A stretch of DNA of 64,000 nt, taken from positions 37,286 to 101,285 of the forward strand of contig CAVYHE010000006.1 of NCBI GenBank assembly GCA_963768305.1, written 5' to 3'. The DNA is from an uncultured bacterium (GTDB taxonomy: Bacteria > Margulisbacteria > WOR-1 > CAVSGV01). Position numbers and translations under genes: made by a program. The stretch's first letter is position 1, and every line of letters starts with the position of its first letter. The notes below the pieces were generated by a model. It had not been told where the DNA came from and made no database searches. It saw nothing but the letters and a program-made list of their open reading frames with translations. Of the stretch, positions 1-11,633 are shown in pieces.

Positions 1-503
1 GGATTCCGAATATCCGGGTCTCCAGTATGGTGCTTACTTAGGAGGCGGGTACAAATTTCGATCTTGGGAACAAATTAGAGGTTACGCCGCTCTTATCGCT
101 TCAGTACAGCCATCTTTCTCTCGCAGACTATACTGAAACCGGAGCCGGGTCCATGAACTTGGATGTTTCAAGTCAGGACTATGATATGCTGCAGGCGGGC
201 GTGGGCGCAAGGATAATCTACCCTGCCGAATTGCAGTGGTGCAACCTCACTCTCACAGGCCACGCAAAATTGCTCTATGACTTTGTCGGCGACAAAGTGG
301 TGGTCATATCGAAATTTACCGGCGGGGGCGGATCGTTCACCTCAGAGGGGGCCGATCTGATACGATGCAGCTTGAATGCCGGCGGCGAGCTTGTCTTCGA
401 CTTTAGGAACCATTTCTCTGTTATCGGAGATTGTAATTTGGAAACGGAAGATAATTTCCTCGGTATCAGCAGTTCGCTAACGGCGAGGTATGAATTTGAA
501 TAA
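1..503 (+). CDS. Autotransporter-type outer-membrane beta-barrel domain, C-terminal part (5' end outside window; indel near 55-60)
   Basis: Reads ...YGAYLGGGYKF/DLGNKLEVTPLLSLQYSHLSLADYTETGAGSMNLDV...ARYEFE; the YTETGAG motif, amphipathic strands and terminal YxF are typical of autotransporter barrels. Confidence 0.75.
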
Positions 504-554
504 TATAATATTTTGAATTTGAAGCTCAAATTCCGGACGGTCAGTTGATATTGT

Positions 555-1163
555 TCATTCCAGATGCTTCATCGACATCTCGAGCGGGCGCTTTTTGGGG
601 CTTGTTGACCTTCTTTCAGAATATCCCAGAGCTATAACGGCCATGAATTCGCCTTTCGGCTCTTCCAGGAATTCGAGCACTTCGTCCTTTATCATCACCA
701 TTATACCCAGCCAGACCGAGGCGATGCCGAGCGACGTTGCGGCAAGCAGAAGATTTTCCACGGCCGCGGAAGAGCTTTGAATTTCCATCGTTCTGAAGAG
801 ATCGAATGAAAGTTGACTGTCGATCTGAAATAGCTCTGTCCCGTGCTTGATAAGCTCGCCGGAATTCGCCACGGCTACCACCACCGGCGCGCTCAGAATG
901 CTCCTTGCCGCCATTCGCAGCAGCGTCGCCGATGCCTTCGGGAACTGTGACGCCCTGTTGGATATCAACTGGGCAAGCTCCTTTTTCTTCGTGCCTTTTA
1001 TCACTATGAACCGCCATGACTGCTGGTTGTGGGCTGACGGCGCCTGGTTGGCCGCGTCCAGAATGGTCTTGAGGTCCTCGTCGGACACCGGCGTTTCCGT
1101 GAACGTTCTGGTGCTGCGCCTTTCACGGATCGTTCTTAAGGCCGCGTTGTCAAAATTTTTCAT
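555..1163 (-). CDS. Nitroreductase family protein
   Basis: RRSTRTF, APSAHNQQSWRF and ENLLLAATSLGIASVW motifs. Confidence 0.92.
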   Translation of the reverse strand: MKNFDNAALRTIRERRSTRTFTETPVSDEDLKTILDAANQAPSAHNQQSWRFIVIKGTKKKELAQLISNRASQFPKASATLLRMAARSILSAPVVVAVANSGELIKHGTELFQIDSQLSFDLFRTMEIQSSSAAVENLLLAATSLGIASVWLGIMVMIKDEVLEFLEEPKGEFMAVIALGYSERRSTSPKKRPLEMSMKHLE

Positions 1164-1267
1164 TTTAAAAATTATACAAGCTTTGCGGCGCAGGTCAATA
1201 GTTGACCATGATCAAGATAACGCTTTAAATTGTTACTCAGGAGTGCTAAAATTCACGCCTAAAAAAA

Positions 1268-2095
1268 ATGACACCGCGCCAAGAATTCATCGATCGGGTT
1301 TATTCCGTTAAAAAACGGTTCCTGGGCATGTACCAGGCCGCCCATGCGGGGCATATTGCCTGTTCGCTCTCCTGCGCCGAGATATTGGTGTTTTTAAGGT
1401 TTTTCTGGATGCATGAAAAGGACCGCCTTATCCTGTCCAAGGGGCACGCGGCGGCGGCCATGTATTCGGTCTTAGCCGAATACGGCATCCTGTCAGAAGA
1501 GGACATAAAGACCTTTTATCAGAACGGCACCTATCTGGGAGCGCATCCGCCCGCCAATAAGATAAAAGGCATTCCTTTTGCCACCGGCAGTCTGGGCCAC
1601 GGCCTTTCCATCATTGCCGGAATGTCCCTGGCGGCAAAGTTAAAGAATGAAAAACACCTGTGTTTTTGCGTGACATCGGACGGCGAATTGGATGAAGGAA
1701 GCATCTGGGAAGCGGCATTGTTCATCTCCCATCATAAACTGAACAATCTGGTCTGGTTGATAGACCGAAATAATATACAGGGCCTTGGCAGGACTGAAAG
1801 CGTGCTGGCGCTGGAGCCGTTGCCCGCAAAACTAAAAGCTTTTGGGCTTTTTGTGGCCGAAGCGGATGGCCATGATTACGGATCACTTGACGCGGCTAAA
1901 AATGAATGCCAGCATGACCCGGCGGCAGTTTCATTGCCCAAGGTGATCATCTGTAAAACCGCCAAAGGACACGGCGTAAGCTTTATGGAAAATACGGTTG
2001 ACTGGCATTACCTGCCGATGGATAACGAAAATTATAAAAAAGCGCTCGAAGAGCTGGAGATCGGCTATCATAAGTCAAAAGAGGAGCATCGATGA
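1268..2095 (+). CDS. Transketolase, N-terminal (TPP-binding) subunit
   Basis: LSKGHAA, TGSLGHGLS and SDGELDEGSIWEA...N TPP-binding motif. Confidence 0.92.
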   Translation: MTPRQEFIDRVYSVKKRFLGMYQAAHAGHIACSLSCAEILVFLRFFWMHEKDRLILSKGHAAAAMYSVLAEYGILSEEDIKTFYQNGTYLGAHPPANKIKGIPFATGSLGHGLSIIAGMSLAAKLKNEKHLCFCVTSDGELDEGSIWEAALFISHHKLNNLVWLIDRNNIQGLGRTESVLALEPLPAKLKAFGLFVAEADGHDYGSLDAAKNECQHDPAAVSLPKVIICKTAKGHGVSFMENTVDWHYLPMDNENYKKALEELEIGYHKSKEEHR

Positions 2096-3000
2096 GAGCT
2101 GATTTTGCCCGCGTTATGGTTGAGCTGCATGATAAACATCCTAACTTTATAATGTTAACCGCTGACCTTGGATACATGGCACTGGAAAAGGTCAGAGATA
2201 AATATCAGGACCGTTTTATTAACGCAGGGGTAGCCGAACAAAATCTTATCTCGCTTGCCGCGGGCTTGGCTTATGAAGGATTTGTTCCGTGGGTATATAA
2301 TATTGCCCCCTTTGGCGTGTTGAGGCCATATGAACAGATCAGGAATGATGTCTGCCTTCATAATCTTCCGGTAAAGATCATTGGCAATGGGGGAGGCTAT
2401 GGCTACGGTATTATGGGTCCGACCCACCATACCCTGGAGGACATCGCAGTGATGCGGGTGTTGCCCAATATGAAAGTTTACGTGCCGCTTACTGCTTCGG
2501 ACGTGGAAGAAGCCGTAAAAATGATGGCCCGGGATGCCTCGCCTAATTATTTAAGGTTGAACATGGCTTCCAAGCTTGGCATGCCCATTGAAAGTTTCAA
2601 GCCATGGAGAAAATTAAAGAACGGGCATAAAGCGATCGCCATCGGCACCGGCCCGGTAATCGCAAACCTGCTGGAAATAAGTGATAAGGACCTGCTGGAG
2701 GAAATTGAGATATGGTATGTCAGCCAACTCCCAATAAGCGAACTCCCTGAAGAATTAATTACCAGCATTAAAGAAAAAAGGAAAGTCATTACCATGGAAG
2801 AGCATTACGGGCAGTGCGGCCTTAAAGAGACCATTGCCGATCTTATCTTAAGAAAAGCTGATCGCCAGATAAGCTATAAGAGCATTTATGCCCTCGGTTA
2901 TCCTGCGGGGGAATCGGGCAGCCAAAAATGGTACCAGGAACAGTCCGGCCTGGCGGGCGAAGGGCTGATAAAAAACCTAAAGGAGCTGGTTCATGATTAA
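2092..3000 (+). CDS. Transketolase, C-terminal subunit
   Basis: NAGVAEQN, YEQIRND, GPTHH and TMEEHY motifs; ATGA overlap with the upstream subunit. Confidence 0.92.
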   Translation: MRADFARVMVELHDKHPNFIMLTADLGYMALEKVRDKYQDRFINAGVAEQNLISLAAGLAYEGFVPWVYNIAPFGVLRPYEQIRNDVCLHNLPVKIIGNGGGYGYGIMGPTHHTLEDIAVMRVLPNMKVYVPLTASDVEEAVKMMARDASPNYLRLNMASKLGMPIESFKPWRKLKNGHKAIAIGTGPVIANLLEISDKDLLEEIEIWYVSQLPISELPEELITSIKEKRKVITMEEHYGQCGLKETIADLILRKADRQISYKSIYALGYPAGESGSQKWYQEQSGLAGEGLIKNLKELVHD

Positions 3001-4970
3001 AGAAGAAATAAATAAACTGGAAGGGCCGATTGCGGTTTTTGGGGCGGGTGGATTTATCGGCGCTAACCTGCTCAGGACCATTCTTGAGGTCAGGGATGAT
3101 TGTTTTGGGATTACCCACCAGAAATTCATTCCCTGGCGTCTTTCGGGGATCTCCGCAAAAAATATCATCTATGCCGACCTGAAACTTCCTTCAACCGTAT
3201 CCGGGATCTTTGACAAGTTTAATTTTAAAACTATCTTTAATTTTGCGGCTTACGGCGGCTACTCCAAACAGGACGACACGGACTTGATTTATAAGATCAA
3301 CTTGCTCGGAGCAGTGGATCTTTTGGAAATAGCGGCGCGCCAAGGCTTTTCCGCCTATGTGCATGCGGGATCATCTTCTGAGTATGGGTTCAATGCCAGC
3401 GCACCCAAAGAAAGCGCCGAGCTAATGCCGAACAGCCATTATTCTGTTTCAAAGATCGCCACCGCTTCGCTTATGCGTTATCTTGGCCGCACAAAGGAAC
3501 TGCCTGTCATTAATCTGCGCATTTATTCGGCTTATGGGCCTTACGAAGAGCCTGACCGGCTGATCCCGGTGATCCTTAAATGCGGGATGGAGGGCAAATA
3601 TCCTTCGCTGGTAGATCCCGATATATCACGTGATTTTATTTATGTTCAGGATGTGGTTGAAGCTGCTGTATTGGCTGCGACGCTCGGCGTTAAAAAATTA
3701 CCAGGCGGCTCCTTAAATATCGCCACCGGTAAAAAAACCACCATTAGAGAAGTTGCCCGGTTAATCAAGGAGATATTCAATCTTAAAGTTGAACCTAAAT
3801 GGGGTACGATGCCCAACAGGAGCTGGGATATCAGGGATTGGTACGGAGACCCTGCTTATGCCAAAGAGATATTGGGTTGGCAGGCAAAAACTTCTTTAAA
3901 AGACGGCTTGATCAAAACCATTGATTGGGTAAAGAGCCAAAAGGCCGCTCCGGATCTTATGGCCGCCGCTCCATTGGCCGTTCCTAAAAAAATATCGGCC
4001 GTCATTGCCTGCTACCGGGATGCCAAGGCTATTCCCATCATGCACGATCGACTAACCAAAGTATTCGCTCAAATGAAGGTGGATTATGAGATCATTTTTG
4101 TCAATGACGCAAGCCCGGATAACACAGATGATGTGCTAAAGGAGATCACTGCTCAAGATGATCACGTTATTACCATTGAACACACAAGAAATTTTGGTTC
4201 TCAGAGCGCCTTCCTGAGCGGCATGCAGGTCTCTACCGGTGACGGGGTCGTACTCCTCGATGGCGACCTGCAGGATCCGCCCGAAATGATCCCTGAATTT
4301 TACAAAAAGTGGCTGGAGGGCTATGAGGTTATCTACGGCCGAAGAGTAAAGCGCGAGGTTTCCCGGATCTTAAATGTCTGTTACAGGGCTTTTTACCGGA
4401 TCTTCAGGGGAATGTCATACGTGCCCATGCCTCTGGACGCCGGTGATTTCTCGTTAATGGACAGAAAAGTGGTCAACGAGCTTCTGGCCCTGCCGGAGAC
4501 CGATCAATTCTTGCGAGGACTAAGGGCATGGGTAGGGTTCAAACAAGTTGGAGTTGACTATATGAGACCCGAGCGGATGTTCGGCGTGACCACAAATAAC
4601 TGGCAGAAAAATATCTGGTGGGCTAAAAAGGCCATCTTTTCCTTCAGTTTTGTCCCTCTGGAGTTGCTTAGTTATTTGGGTTTGCTGCTGACCGTAATTT
4701 CATTCCTGGCACTCATCGGGCAGATCATCGCGAGGATCTTCATGCCCAATATTCCTCAGGGCATTACCACCATTATCGTCCTTATTCTATTCTTTGGGGC
4801 CATACAATTACTGGCCATTTCCATTATCGGCGAATACCTTTATAAAAATTTTCGAAGAAACCAAGAAAAGGCCAAAATTTATCCGCAAGTCAATTCGCCA
4901 GGGCAATACTTACCTTACAGCCGGGGAGGAAATAAACAACTTTTTAGATCAAAGAAAAAACCGCGTTTAA
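2993..4970 (+). CDS. NAD-dependent epimerase/dehydratase fused to a GT2 (polyprenol-phosphate glycosyltransferase-like) domain; indel near 4840
   Basis: GAGGFIG, SSSEYG and YxxSK, then VNDASPD, RNFGSQ, DGDLQDPP and two TM helices; a one-base correction restores ...IGEYLIKIFEETKKRPKFI... ending TAA at 4970. Confidence 0.85.
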
Positions 4971-4972
4971 TT

Positions 4973-5877
4973 ATGGCATACCAAATCAAACACTGCATTT
5001 TTTGCGGCAATAATGAAAAGCTCAAAGAGCTCTATCCCCGTAATTTTACCGATAAAGATCTAAACCCGGCCGTATTTTCGGCGCGCAGGGATACCGATCG
5101 TTTTCATTATAAGATCGTGCGCTGTCAGAACTGCGGCTTGATATTTTCGAGGGAAGTTCTGCCGGAAGAAGAACTTTCACGGTTATATTCGCAAAGCGCA
5201 GTAACTTTTGATGAATATACCGCCATCATCCGCAGGGATTATTTGCGCCCCCTCAAGCCGTTTTTAGATCTGGTCAATAAAGGCTCGGCCCTCGAGATCG
5301 GCTGCAGCAGCGGATTTTTCCTCGAAGAGCTGTTAATGCAGGGATTTAAGGAAGTTCACGGCTGTGATCCCAGTCTGGAGGCCAAAAAAGGCAGACCCTG
5401 AGATCAAGGGGAAATATATCTTCCGGATTTTTCAAAAAAGGAGCCTACAAAGATAACAGTTTTGACCTTGTTTGCTCATTTCAAACTTTGGACCATCTGG
5501 ACGATCCGGCTGGAACCGTAAGGACCTGTTATGAAATTTTAAAGCCGGACGGGCTCATATATTTTATCACCCATGATGCCAGACAGCCTTCAGGCGAAAA
5601 TATTGCGGGATAGATCGCCGATAATAGACGTGGAACACATTTATTTATTCAATAAAATAACTTTAAGCCGTTTATTTACGGAGGCGAATTTTGCTGTTCT
5701 TAATGTTGGGGACATTAAGAACAGTTACCCTATCAATTACTGGCTAAGGCTGGCGCTTAAGAACGGCCGATCCGGTAATATTTTAAAATATGCCGTCGAA
5801 AGAACCGGCCTGGGCTAGCTTCTATCCCTATCGCCGCGGGAAATATTTTTGTGGTGGCGAGATGCAGAAAGAATTAA
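4973..5877 (+). CDS. Class I SAM-dependent methyltransferase with N-terminal Zn ribbon (several indels)
   Basis: MAYQIKHCIFC...CQNC, LEIGCSSGFF, FQTLDHLDDP, LKPDG, EHIYLF. Confidence 0.8.
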
Positions 5878-5879
5878 TA

Positions 5880-7948
5880 ATGACTGCCCGGGCTAAAATA
5901 TACAATTTCTTAAATAGATATTTACATAAAATAAACCTTGAGAATATTATTATCGGTATTTGTTTTTTGATTTTAGCGGTAAAGTTTTACTCGGTCGCAG
6001 GCAGATTTTTAGACACGGACGAAGAATATTATTTTTACATTACCTCGGCAATAAGTAAAGGGGTGAATATATATGCGGAGCTGAATTTCTCTATTCGCCC
6101 ATCCCATGGTATCTCTGTTCCGTGTTTTTCAGGCTTTTCCATAATCTGTATCAATCACTCCTAACGATAAGATTGCTTATAATCTCCCTTTCCCTGCTGA
6201 GCTTTTTTCTGATCTTTGATATGCTGAAAAGACTAAGGGCCTCTTGGTTTGTGATCCCGGTCACATTCTTTATACTTTACTCTATGCAATTCAGCCTTAA
6301 ATTAATGGAATATCGATCGGACAACGTACTGTTCTTTGTGCTTATTTTACAGGGGTATCTGATGTTTTTAATGTCACAATATACGGCTTTCTCCCCTTTA
6401 AAAATCGCCGCTGTTATTTTCTTGGCTTTTCTCAGTTTTCATATCAACCAAAAAGCGATCATCATAGAACTGCCTTTGTTGTTCGCATTTTGCGTTTGCT
6501 TCTTTAATGATTTAAGCGTTTCGTTCTGATCTATAAAAAAGCCCTGCTCTTTTTTGGCGCAATTATAATTGTTTGCCTGATCTTTTCCAGGAACTACCAT
6601 CAATTCTTCTGTCAATCATATATTTACGGCCCTATTATGTTAAATCAATTTTCGAAGATATCCCCTTCGGCTTCCTTTGTCAATAATCTTAATCTTTTGA
6701 TCCCATTTATTAAGGATAACTTGGCGTTTTAAATTCATCGGCTTGATCTCATCAATAGTTCTTTTACTTGCTCTAAAAACAATAAAAATTACCTGGTGCC
6801 GCTCATGTTCTTGGCAGGGGCTGTGGTTTTAGTTTTAATAGCGCCTTTCCCTTTCATACACTATCAAGCTTATTGCGTTTGGGCCGTCTTGTTCTCACTC
6901 CTTTACCTGATCAGCATCTGCATTAATTCCTGGCCCCATCGTAAAATATTGCTTTTCGTTATTTTCTTTCTGTTAGCTGCCAGCGGGGCTCTTACATTTC
7001 AGCGTTATGAATTTCCTTTTCAAAATCTAAAAGGATACGCCACTGAAATTGACCATATGAGGAATAATCGGGGAAAACAAACTTGCTTCTTTTGGTGGAT
7101 CGTCCATTAACATCGAAAGTGACTTTCCGCTCTGGAGCGGGGAGCTTCAATTTGTGTATGGCACTAAAGCCCTTCAAACCAACACTGCAAGAACTACTTT
7201 AAAGGATAAAGCGACTAAATTTGTTTTTATTGATCCGCGCAAAATATCGAAAAGACCCTTTATGGCGAAGACGGCTATTTTATAAAAGCTAATTATCAAA
7301 AATGTCATGGCTTGCCTCTCATGATCGCTTCTAAATGGGCTTATCTTGGCCCTGGACAACGGACAATCAACATTGAAATTGCCGGCAAGTTCAAGGTTAT
7401 GCCATTTTCAAATATATCCAATTCGATCACTCTGGATAACTATAAGCTAAAAAGCTTTCAGACCTTGTACCTGAAACAAGGGCCGCATTCTATTAAATCT
7501 GCCCTGCCAGCAGCTTTATTAATTGAGTTTGATTCAGCAAAGATCAACTCCGAAAGTTTTGATAATTTAAATGGTTCAAAATATCAATTTATACAGTACA
7601 ATCAGGATTTTTCAGGAAAATTCGAACTTTTAGGGGCAATTAAATACGAAAAATCCGGCAAGGCCTTTTATCGATTCTTTTGGAAAGCACTATCAGATAT
7701 CAATGATGGACTAATGGCATTTCATCATTTTTACGGCAGCGGAGGCAATTATATTAACGGTATAAATGTAGATCCAACGGATGGCTGGTTGACTCAGAGC
7801 TTTAAAAAGCGGTGAAGTAATTTCCTACGAGTTCTCAGTGGTTCTGAATAAAGAATATAAGTCCATGGATATCGGCTGGTATTATGAGCAAGAATGGAGC
7901 AGACGGATACCATGCGGGGCAGGGACTTTTTACAGGATGTATATCTGA
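5880..7948 (+). CDS. Polytopic membrane protein, possible GT-C (ArnT/PMT-like) glycosyltransferase; fragmented by indels
   Basis: Consecutive hydrophobic fragments (5790-6164, 6122-6529, 6796-7110, 7312-7815) with a DTDE acidic motif after TM1 and EYRSD; C-terminal soluble domain. Confidence 0.55.
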
Positions 7949-7982
7949 TCTTCTGATATACTAATGGTTGATAATCTGCTAA

Positions 7983-8054
7983 GGCCCTATCGTCTAGTGG
8001 TTAGGACAGCGCCCTCTCAAGGCGTAAACACGGGTTCGACTCCCGTTAGTTCTA
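7983..8054 (+). tRNA. tRNA-Glu(CUC), interrupted in the acceptor stem by the integrated element (attL)
   Basis: GGCCCTA-TC-GTCTAGTGGTTAGGAC-A-GCGCC-CT(CTC)AA-GGCGT-AAAC-ACGGG-TTCGACT-CCCGT-TAG; anticodon at 8016-8018; 3' strand TAGTTCT mispairs at 2 positions and has no CCA. Confidence 0.92.
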
Positions 8055-9508
8055 TTAAACTGGTTTTTGAAGCATGTTTCATTTGTAATTGCTCGAAGAT
8101 AGGCGAAAATCTAGCGGTCCCAAACTTCTCTCCATCAAAAGCTATTCCTTCTGGAAATACCAAACTTTGGAACCTTTGCCTTAGGTCTAGCCCGGCGTTT
8201 GCCCAGAGGTTTGCTATATTTCCCATAAAAGCTTTGCAATAGTTTAAGCAGGATCCAACGTCATTGAGTTCGATCTTGGTTTCGTTCAACTCAGTTCTTT
8301 TAACAATTATATCGTTATTAATATCTTCAATTTTTCTTTTGTAAGTTGCTTCATCAAAAGTCCCTTTGATGATCAACTCATCAAGCCTATCCTTCTTTTC
8401 TTCCAAAGCTTTAAGTTCTTTTTCAAGTCTGTATTCTTCTTTTATTTGTTCCGCTTGCTTATTTTTCCATACATCTAGGACAATAGCCTCGAATAAATTG
8501 AGGATGTCCGCGCTAGGTTGAATTGACTTCAAGAGTTCATAAAAACTCGTCTCCAAGGCCTCTTTTTTGACATATAACGAGCAACCCTTGGTTCTGCAAT
8601 GATAATAGGCGTATTTGTTCTTTCTGCCCTTTGACCAGCTTCCCGTTAGCTTTTTTTCGCATTTTGAACATTTAACAAAGTTTCTAAGAGGAAAGTCAGG
8701 GTTGCTCCTTACTCTTGGAGCAAAAGATGGTCTTTTACCATCAAGAAGAAGTTGAACTTTATAAAACGTATCTTTTGATATTATAGCCTCATGTATAGCT
8801 TCTATCATATCCAGCGAGTAAACCTTGATAAGTCCAGCATATAGAGGGTTGCGAAGAATCTTCTTCAGCTTATTTTCGGTCAGCTCTTTATATCCTTGCT
8901 TTCTCAACATATTAACAATATCAACTTGTCTATATAAGCCGGTCTCTGCGAGTTTGAATATCTCTTTAATGTATTTACTTTCCTGAGAAGGGATAAGCAT
9001 CAGCTCTTTTATTATCTATAGATCGGGCATAGCCTTTTGGGACACGAAAAACCCAGCGACCTTGCAATAATGCTTCTTTCATGCCCTTTGTAGTTCTTTC
9101 TCCTCTTATTTCATTTTCATATTGAGATACAGCTCCGAGAATACTTCTAATAGCTCTCCCGGAAGGCGTATTATCATTATTTTCAGTTACCGATAATACA
9201 TTAAGGCCATAACTACTTAATTTATTAATAAGTTCAAGATGATCGGTGAGGTTTCTTGCTAAACGGTCATATTTCCAGATGATCAAAGCAGATAATTGTT
9301 TTTTGTTTTCAAAAGAATATTTAAGCAACTTAATAAGCTCCGGCCTATCCTGAGTTTTTGCGCTCTCGCCGCGCTCAATAAAAAGCCTGTCAACCTCATA
9401 TCCTTTATTAAGAGCGAATTCTTTACAGTCTTTTTCTTGTGCCTCAAGACTATAGCCTTGTTCGGCCTGTTCTTTAGTTGAAACTCTGCAATAGATAATA
9501 GCCTTCAT
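8017..9508 (-). CDS. Large serine recombinase/integrase (split by an indel near 9005 into ORFs 8975-9508 and 8017-9000)
   Basis: Catalytic YCRVST, GESAKT and DRLARN; recombinase domain ILRNPLYAG; Zn ribbon CSKC...YYHC...C; coiled coil. Confidence 0.93.
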
Positions 9509-9544
9509 TGGTTAACCTTTGTTGTTATTCCAAAACGAACCCAA

Positions 9545-10078
9545 TTATTGGGTATTGGAGATATTTACATCCAAGCTCCCCGGTATAGGAATATTATATC
9601 TGATCGTTTTGCCGTTAAACGTTCAAGTTCAGTATTAGAGTTTTAATGATAAGGTTTAAGGTTGAAGTTTTATACTTTTGAAACTTTTCAAGCACCTCAA
9701 TTGAATTCCTGGCAATTTGGGGCTTATAACCTTCTTTTGTCATAAAACTGCCAAGATCCTTCAAGGAAAGAGCCTGTTATAGTTGGATCTGATTCCAACT
9801 TAATATACTCATTTTCAATAAAGCATATCCTCCGATAGACTAATAAGTTTGAAAGAACAATTTCAACTAATTGGCTTTCATAAGTATTCTCAGGTTGATA
9901 ATATTCGTAGATTCTTCACAAAAGTCTTTGCTTTCAAGCTTATCATAGTCATTTACGATCTGCTGAAAAGGCCAAATTTCAAAGCATTCATTCTACTGAT
10001 CAATTTTCCCTCATCGGTCTTAACCCCGCCCATTAAGGCATTTTGTTTATTTGCTTCTATTTGTTTTTCGGTTGTCAC
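9545..10078 (-). CDS. Mobile-element-associated hypothetical protein (MxTEKQIEANxxNA...KTxEGK...NALKxGL type), multiply frameshifted; not in the ORF track
   Basis: Manual translation from GTG 10078 (RBS AGGAGA): MTTEKQIEANKQNALMGGVKTDEGKLISRMNALKFGLFS...; 3' end approximate. Confidence 0.6.
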
Positions 10079-10217
10079 TACTATTTCTCCTATTATTAAT
10101 ATATTCGCTAACAGTTATCTCGGCTACTTTATATAAGCGATCTCTTATTTCTTCAATGTCTTTATCAGAATACTTAGAACCTTTAAGGTGTTTCCTGCAT
10201 TGCTCTATCGTAAACAC
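10047..10217 (-). CDS. 56-aa hypothetical protein upstream of the integrase; not in the ORF track
   Basis: AAGGAG RBS and GTG start; MFTIEQCRKHLKGSKYSDKDIEEIRDRLYKVAEITVSEYINNRRNSSDNRKTNRSK*. Confidence 0.65.
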   Translation of the reverse strand: MFTIEQCRKHLKGSKYSDKDIEEIRDRLYKVAEITVSEYINNRRNSSDNRKTNRSK

Positions 10218-10305
10218 GGCCCGACTCCTTTTGTATAGAGTTCGGGTTCATGCCGATACTTACTACATTTAATGTTTTATGTTGTTTCGAGTGCTTCTTG
10301 AAAAC

Positions 10306-11239
10306 TTACACTTTTATTCTTTCTTCTTGACTTATGCTAACTTTTTTCCCTGCTCTTGTAATAATAGATATTTTTTGATAATTCTTTTGATCTAATAAAT
10401 TCAATATTTCCTTGTCAGTAAATTCTCCTCTTTCCATGAAGTTGCTTTTATGTTTATTTCTTCATTATCGGTTTTCATAATTGTTATTTCTTGATACTCT
10501 TTATTTCTAATAATATCTATTATATTCTTTTCTTGTTCGGTTAAATGGTTCCTGAATAGGTCGGATATTGTTGAGCCGTCGCGTATTTTAATGTTTATGT
10601 TTCCATATTGCTTTGCAAGGGTATCTGCATACCAGAAAAAGGGGAGGACTATTAAAGGAGAACCGCAATAGTCAAACTTGGCATTAAACGCGACAAAGTC
10701 ACGTTCAACCAGAAACATGGAATTATCTTCTTCGTCTATTGAAAGAATAATTTTTTCGCCGCATAAGCTTGCTAAGGTACAATATTCCAGTTGTTTAATA
10801 TTCTCTTCCTCATTTTTTTGCTCTTTTAGGCGATGCAGTTGAATTTCTCCGCTAGAATGTTCAATTCGATATAAGCCTACTTTCTCGTTAGCAATTTTAT
10901 GAAGAACATTCTTAATTTTATCGATGGGGCATCCAATTTTCCTAAGGTCAGTTATTATAAGTAGTTTGATGATGTCTATCGCTAAAATTTGCGCCACCCA
11001 GACTCGGTATTTTCTCTTGATCCTGATATTATGTCTTTTGCATCCCAGTCATTTATCTTACGATAGGTTAAGTCGCTAACGATAGTTTGAGAGTTTTTTA
11101 GGGTAAATATCGCCTCGTGAAAGTCATCAAATATTTGTTGAGAAAGCTTATAGTGCTCTGACAAATAAGTATCGAGTTTTCTGTTATTGTAATATAGTTC
11201 TATAAGAAATTTTCTTAGATCAAGTTTTTCGGCACTCAT
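10306..11239 (-). CDS. MerR-family HTH protein (two indels, near 10982 and 10435)
   Basis: Joined ORFs give LTYRKINDWDAKDII...SGWRKF/..IDIIKLLIITDLRKIGCPIDKIK, a MerR-type winged helix; tail ...ERGEFTDKEIL...EERIKV*. Confidence 0.7.
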
Positions 11240-11242
11240 AAT

Positions 11243-11290
11243 TTATACCATCAAGTATAATTCTATCACCCAGCAATTATACCGTCAAGT
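11243..11290 (-). promoter_or_regulatory. Sigma70-like promoter overlapped by two 14-bp direct repeats
   Basis: Minus strand TTGACG-17 nt-TAGAAT; ACTTGAYGGTATAA at 11277-11290 and 11243-11256. Confidence 0.65.
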
Positions 11291-11330
11291 TCAATTTACA
11301 GCTATGCCGGGTAGGAATAAGGCCTAATTT

Positions 11331-11374
11331 CTCTCTGCTTGCTCTCTGTTCGCTCGTTGTTCGCTCGGTGTTCA
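11331..11374. repeat. Four imperfect 11-bp tandem repeats
   Basis: ctctctgcttg / ctctctgttcg / ctcgttgttcg / ctcggtgttca. Confidence 0.75.
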
Positions 11375-11428
11375 ACCAGTCTATTAAGAGCTTTTTGCCG
11401 CCCTTTTCTCGCGCTTCGTCCACGCTTC

Positions 11429-11611
11429 TTAATTACCTGTAATCTCGGCTTGGCATATTCTTGCTATAATACCTATGAAGCAACCTAGGCATACAAAGCC
11501 TACTCCTACAGTTGCTTGAGTTAATTCATTAAGTCCATAGACAACAGCAAATATTGCCAAAATAATAAGCAAATAATAGAACCCTTTTTTTACTGCCAGT
11601 CCCACATCCAT
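11429..11611 (-). CDS. Small two-TM membrane protein
   Basis: MDVGLAVKKG... after a GGGGTG RBS; two hydrophobic segments. Confidence 0.6.
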   Translation of the reverse strand: MDVGLAVKKGFYYLLIILAIFAVVYGLNELTQATVGVGFVCLGCFIGIIARICQAEITGN

Positions 11612-11633
11612 CTTATTCACCCCTTTTTTTTTA

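Noticed and set aside
2993..5401. 802-aa triple fusion of epimerase, GT2 and methyltransferase
   Set aside because: A one-base correction near 4840 restores a normal GT2 end at 4970 and a separate ATG at 4973
8975..9010. Split of the integrase as a regulatory frameshift
   Set aside because: Cannot be distinguished from the background indel rate; needs read-level evidence
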